Positions 24,654 through 28,213 of a DNA stretch of 28,213 nt are shown here, one piece after another. The position numbers were made by a program, and so were the translations under genes. The notes beneath the pieces are model-generated. The model was not told where the DNA came from and made no database searches. It worked only from the letters and a program-made list of their open reading frames with translations. This DNA is from a virus (Duplodnaviria > Caudoviricetes): positions 1 through 28,213 of the IMG/VR virus record IMGVR_UViG_3300032270_000211; one strand, given 5' to 3'. Position 1 is the stretch's first letter. Every line of letters begins with the position of its first letter.

Positions 24654-24663
24654 ACCTTTTCTA

Positions 24664-24736
24664 TGACCCCGGTCATCTAATCATCAGGCTCTTCCTTGGT
24701 CGGTTCGACCTGATGCTGGCAAGATGACGGGGGTCA
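24664..24736 (+). ncRNA. candidate structured RNA element 2 (long interrupted hairpin)
   Basis: Three perfect 7-bp helices TGACCCC/GGGGTCA, GTCATCT/AGATGAC and CATCAGG/CCTGATG around a 20-nt loop; strand uncertain. Confidence 0.55.
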
Positions 24737-24754
24737 CCCTCTTCTATAAAAACT

Positions 24755-25327
24755 ATGAAAATTCTTATCGCTTGCGAATACTCCGGTGCTGTCCGCGACG
24801 CGTTCATAGCCAGAGGTCATGAAGCTATGTCGTGCGACATATTGCCCACCGATGCGCCCGGCCCTCACTATCAGGGCGATATATTTGACGTCATTGACGA
24901 TAACTGGGATTTAATGATTGCTTTCCCGCCTTGCACGCACCTAGCGGTAAGCGGAGCAAAACACTTTGAGAAAAAGCGTGCTGATGGACGACAGCAGCAG
25001 GGCATAGATTTTTTCATGAAGATTGCCAACGCAAACATACCGAAAATAGCCGTTGAAAATCCTGTAGGAATCATGAGTACGGTGTACCGCAAGCCCGACC
25101 AAATTATTCAGCCGTGGCAGTTTGGCGACAAGGCTCAGAAAACAACCTGCCTGTGGCTTAAAAATTTGTCTTTGCTTACGCCCACAAATATCGTTGAGAA
25201 GGGCGAGTTTTACATATCGCCTACAGGTAAAAAGCTACCCAAATGGTACTCCGACAATAAGAGCGCAAAAGTGAGATCAAAAACATTCCAAGGCATTGCC
25301 GATGCAATGGCAGCGCAATGGGGGTGA
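24755..25327 (+). CDS. short phage-type C5 cytosine DNA methyltransferase-like protein
   Basis: ILIACEYSG (motif I variant), AFPPC catalytic PC, ENPV (ENV variant), QPWQFG..K.TCLW; only 190 aa. Confidence 0.75.
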   Translation: MKILIACEYSGAVRDAFIARGHEAMSCDILPTDAPGPHYQGDIFDVIDDNWDLMIAFPPCTHLAVSGAKHFEKKRADGRQQQGIDFFMKIANANIPKIAVENPVGIMSTVYRKPDQIIQPWQFGDKAQKTTCLWLKNLSLLTPTNIVEKGEFYISPTGKKLPKWYSDNKSAKVRSKTFQGIADAMAAQWG

Positions 25328-27288
25328 TACTCTGGCTTGACTTTGAAACCCGGTCGAAGTGCGACCTATCCTCTAAAGGGGTTTACAACTATGCCCAAGA
25401 TGGAACCACCGATGTACTTTGTATGTCCTACGCGTTTGACGACGATGACGTTGTCACCTGGACTCCCGATCAGCCGTTCCCTGACGCCGTTCGGCATCAC
25501 AAGGGGCGAATCTACGCTCATAACGCTGCGTTCGAGCGCCTTATATTCTGGTACGTCCTACAAGTTAATTTCGATCTCACGCAGTTCTATTGCACAGCGG
25601 CACAAGCGCGTGCTAACTGCCTGCCTGGGTCTCTTGAAGACGTCGGACGCGCCATCAGCAGTCAAATGCGAAAAGACCACCGAGGTGGACAGCTTATCCG
25701 ACTACTTTCCATCCCTCGCGCTGATGGATCGTTTAACAATTCGCCAGAGCTAATGGCCGAGATGATCCGCTACTGCGAGCAGGACGTCAGAGCCATGCGC
25801 GCCATCAGTAAGGCCATGCGCCCGCTATCCGACGAGGAGCTGGCCGACTACCACACCAACGAGCGCATCAACGACCGGGGCGTGCTGCTCGACCTGCCAC
25901 TCGCGCAGGCTGCCATCCGGTACGCATCGGTCGAGCTTGAAGAGATCGAGACGCTAGTCGCTGAGTTGACCGAGGGTGCGATCAAGTCCGTGCGCAGCCC
26001 CAAGATGCGCCAGTGGGTGATCGACCGGGTCGGCCCGCAAGCATTAAAGATGATGGAGACGTACAAGGACGGCGACTTGAAGTATTCTATCGACAAGACC
26101 GTACGTGCCAATTTACTGGCTTTTGCCGAGGAAAACCCCGATGAGATTCCGACCACTGTTGCGGACGTCATTCAATGCGCAGATGACCTCTGGGCGTCGT
26201 CGGTTGCGAAGTTCAGCCGCCTTGCGAGCCTGGCAGATGAAGACGATCAACGAGTACGAGGTGCTTTCGTATTTGCAGGAGGTTCTGCCACTGGACGAGC
26301 TTCAAGCTATGGCGCGCAAGTTCACAACTTTACGCGCAAGTGCGCAGCAGCCCCAGATGACGTTAGGCACGCTATGGTCAGAGGCCACAGCATCGTACCA
26401 AGATTTGGAAAACGCGTTACGGATGTTCTCAAAGGAATGCTCCGGCCCGCACTGATACCCGCAGCCGGGAAGCAGTTTGTCGTCGCCGACTGGTCAGCGG
26501 TCGAAGCACGGGTGACCGCTTGGGCGTCAGCCGACCCGCAGGCCGAGGAGGTGTTAGACACCTTCCGCGCAGGCAAGGACATTTACATCCGCGAAGCCGC
26601 CGGCATCTACCGCGTGCCGTATGAGGAGATCGCCGAAGAATACGAAGCCACCGATCAGTCCGAGCGGCGCCAGATCGGCAAGGTCGCCATCCTCTCACTT
26701 GGTTTCGGTGGGTCGATCGGCGCCTTCTCAGCGATGGGTCGCAATTATGGCGTGTTCATGCCTGAGTCCGATTCCCGCCGCATTGTAGACGCATGGCGGC
26801 GCTCAAACGCGTGGGCGGTGCGCTACTGGGAGAAGCTTGAGAGCGCCTACACACGGGCGCTACGCAACCCTAACCGCGAGTTTTCAGCCGGGCGCGTCAC
26901 GTACCTGTACGACGGTCAACATCTTTGGTACGCGCTGCCCAGTGGGCGTGTCTTGTGCTATCCATTTGCTAAGTTTGAGGGTGACGAGATCACCTACGTC
27001 AAAGCAGCTTGGAAGCCGGCAGCTGACGCCAAAGAATGGCCACGGGCACGCTTGTGGCGCGGGCTTGCCTGTGAGAACATAACGCAAGCGATCGCCAACG
27101 ATCTGCTGCGGCACGCTTTACGCCAGCTTCCTGACGTAGTGCTGCATGTACACGACGAGATCGTTCTGGAGACGGCCGACCCTGATGCACCCAATACCCT
27201 AAAGCAAGTGATGCGCGCTGCACCCGATTGGGCTGCAGGGCTACCTCTGAACGCGGGCGTCAAGATCATGACGCGTTATGGCAAATAA
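25318..27288 (+). CDS. DNA polymerase, family A (with 3'-5' exonuclease)
   Basis: LDFET (ExoI), AHNAAFE (ExoII), YCEQDV (ExoIII), ATGR, ADWSAVEAR (motif A), RQIGKVAILSLGFG (motif B), HVHDE (motif C). Start may be GTG 25324. Confidence 0.95.
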   Translation: MGVILWLDFETRSKCDLSSKGVYNYAQDGTTDVLCMSYAFDDDDVVTWTPDQPFPDAVRHHKGRIYAHNAAFERLIFWYVLQVNFDLTQFYCTAAQARANCLPGSLEDVGRAISSQMRKDHRGGQLIRLLSIPRADGSFNNSPELMAEMIRYCEQDVRAMRAISKAMRPLSDEELADYHTNERINDRGVLLDLPLAQAAIRYASVELEEIETLVAELTEGAIKSVRSPKMRQWVIDRVGPQALKMMETYKDGDLKYSIDKTVRANLLAFAEENPDEIPTTVADVIQCADDLWASSVAKFSRLASLADEDDQRVRGAFVFAGGSATGRASSYGAQVHNFTRKCAAAPDDVRHAMVRGHSIVPRFGKRVTDVLKGMLRPALIPAAGKQFVVADWSAVEARVTAWASADPQAEEVLDTFRAGKDIYIREAAGIYRVPYEEIAEEYEATDQSERRQIGKVAILSLGFGGSIGAFSAMGRNYGVFMPESDSRRIVDAWRRSNAWAVRYWEKLESAYTRALRNPNREFSAGRVTYLYDGQHLWYALPSGRVLCYPFAKFEGDEITYVKAAWKPAADAKEWPRARLWRGLACENITQAIANDLLRHALRQLPDVVLHVHDEIVLETADPDAPNTLKQVMRAAPDWAAGLPLNAGVKIMTRYGK

Positions 27289-27314
27289 AAAAGCCGCCTG
27301 GCAGGGCGGCTTTC
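27286..27314. terminator. intrinsic terminator-like hairpin between polymerase and primase
   Basis: AAAGCCGCCT-GGCA-GGGCGGCTTT with A6 on the left (U-tract for the minus strand) and TTTCT on the right. Confidence 0.65.
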
Positions 27315-27332
27315 TCAACTACAAGGACTGCA

Positions 27333-28213
27333 ATGGATTTCCTAGAATTTTATACTAATCTGGCCCCGATGGGGGAGACTGCGCTCGTCATCCGTCAAAA
27401 GCCCAAGTTGAAGGGCGGTCAGGTGCAGCTGCACCCCGATGGCGCGGTGATCTGTACATGGCCGGCGTACCTGCCGGACTATCCAACCAAGCCCGATTGG
27501 GCGATCTACGGCAACACCGCGTCGTTCATCATCGACCGGTTCAAAGACGGCCATGTGTCCGCGTCTAAAGAGAATTGCGACTACGTACTGGTCATGGTGC
27601 TGGATGACGTAGGCGACCCTGAGAAGGCGCCCAACATCCCACCTCTTGCGCCGACTTGGATCATGGAGACGTCCGAGGGGTCGTTCCAGTGGGGCTACGC
27701 ATTCTCGGAGCAGCCGACGAAGGGTGAGTACGCGGCGGCTATTGATGCCATTATCAAGGCCGGCTACTGCGACCCAGGCGCCAACAATGCGGTGCGTAAC
27801 TTCCGCCTGCCGGGGTCGATCAACATCAAGCCAGGCCGCGAGCTGTTCGCGTCGCGTCTAGTCGAGTTCCACCCCGACCGCGAGTTCACCCTGCCCGAGA
27901 TCTGCGCAGCTTTAGGCGTCACGCCGTCCGAGCCATCATCACTAGGCGTGCGTCCTATCCGGCTCTCAGACGATGGTGCGGATGATGTGATGGCGTGGCT
28001 GTCGCATCAGGGCGTGCTGTTGTCCACGCCGAACACGCGAGGGTGGGCGGCTGTCATCTGCCCGAACAAGGATCAACATACGGACGGCAACCCCGAAGGC
28101 GGCTACAGCCCATCGACGCGCTCATACCGTTGCCTGCACTCGCACTGCGTCGACTTCGACTCAAACGCGTTTCTCGATTGGGTCGCCGCCAATGGTGGGC
28201 CAAAGCACGCGCC
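27333..28213 (+). CDS. DNA primase (RepB-like/AEP domain plus Zn-binding motif), 3' truncated
   Basis: ATG 27333 with SD AAGGA, open to the window end; MDFLEFYTNLAPMGET..., VLDDVG, METSEGSFQWGY, RLPGSIN, CPNKDQH...CLHSHC. Confidence 0.85.
   Translation, partial: MDFLEFYTNLAPMGETALVIRQKPKLKGGQVQLHPDGAVICTWPAYLPDYPTKPDWAIYGNTASFIIDRFKDGHVSASKENCDYVLVMVLDDVGDPEKAPNIPPLAPTWIMETSEGSFQWGYAFSEQPTKGEYAAAIDAIIKAGYCDPGANNAVRNFRLPGSINIKPGRELFASRLVEFHPDREFTLPEICAALGVTPSEPSSLGVRPIRLSDDGADDVMAWLSHQGVLLSTPNTRGWAAVICPNKDQHTDGNPEGGYSPSTRSYRCLHSHCVDFDSNAFLDWVAANGGPKHA

Noticed and set aside
24692-24699. Loop TTCCTTGG complementary to CCAAGGAA at the SD of the gp7-like gene (13016-13023)
   Set aside because: An 8-nt SD-like match is expected by chance in a sequence of this size.
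24664-24740. Possible tRNA (73-nt span, 7-bp terminal stem, GGTTCGA)
   Set aside because: GGTTCGA is too far from the 3' end, no D or anticodon arms can be formed, and the sequence folds better as one long hairpin.
27342-27861. Track ORFs 27342-27554 (-) and 27646-27861 (+)
   Set aside because: Both overlap the primase frame starting at 27333, which the track omits, probably because it has no stop inside the window.
1-28213. Genome-wide amber (TAG) recoding
   Set aside because: Conserved genes are intact under the standard code with high coding density; TAG appears only as a normal terminal stop.

Overview
This window is about 28 kb of a tailed dsDNA bacteriophage with P22-like (podovirus) virion genes and an APSE-type replication module; embedded spanins indicate a Gram-negative host. 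On the + strand (1-19.6 kb) the order is: probable portal end, Dps/ferritin-like protein, small structural proteins, tailspike, scaffold, P22-type major capsid, decoration proteins, gp4-like and gp10-like tail proteins, tail fibre, a cupin-SET fusion, three ejection proteins, and an enlarged lysis cassette. A leftward operon (22.5-19.6 kb) holds VRR-NUC, an SNF2 helicase and small ORFs. A rightward operon holds a Cas4-like DUF2800 nuclease, an SSB-like protein, two structured intergenic elements, a short C5 methyltransferase, family A DNA polymerase and a primase that runs off the end. No integrase, tRNA or CRISPR array was seen. The best leads are: (1) a SET lysine-methyltransferase fused to a cupin and overlapping the first ejection gene; (2) TonB-box-like motifs in both large ejection proteins; (3) candidate structured RNAs at 24572-24736 and in the scaffold leader; (4) back-to-back promoters sharing one -35 element, with a leaderless leftward transcript; (5) an identical FDADGTA N-terminal peptide in two unrelated genes. 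All family assignments come from motif recognition and synteny, not database searches.
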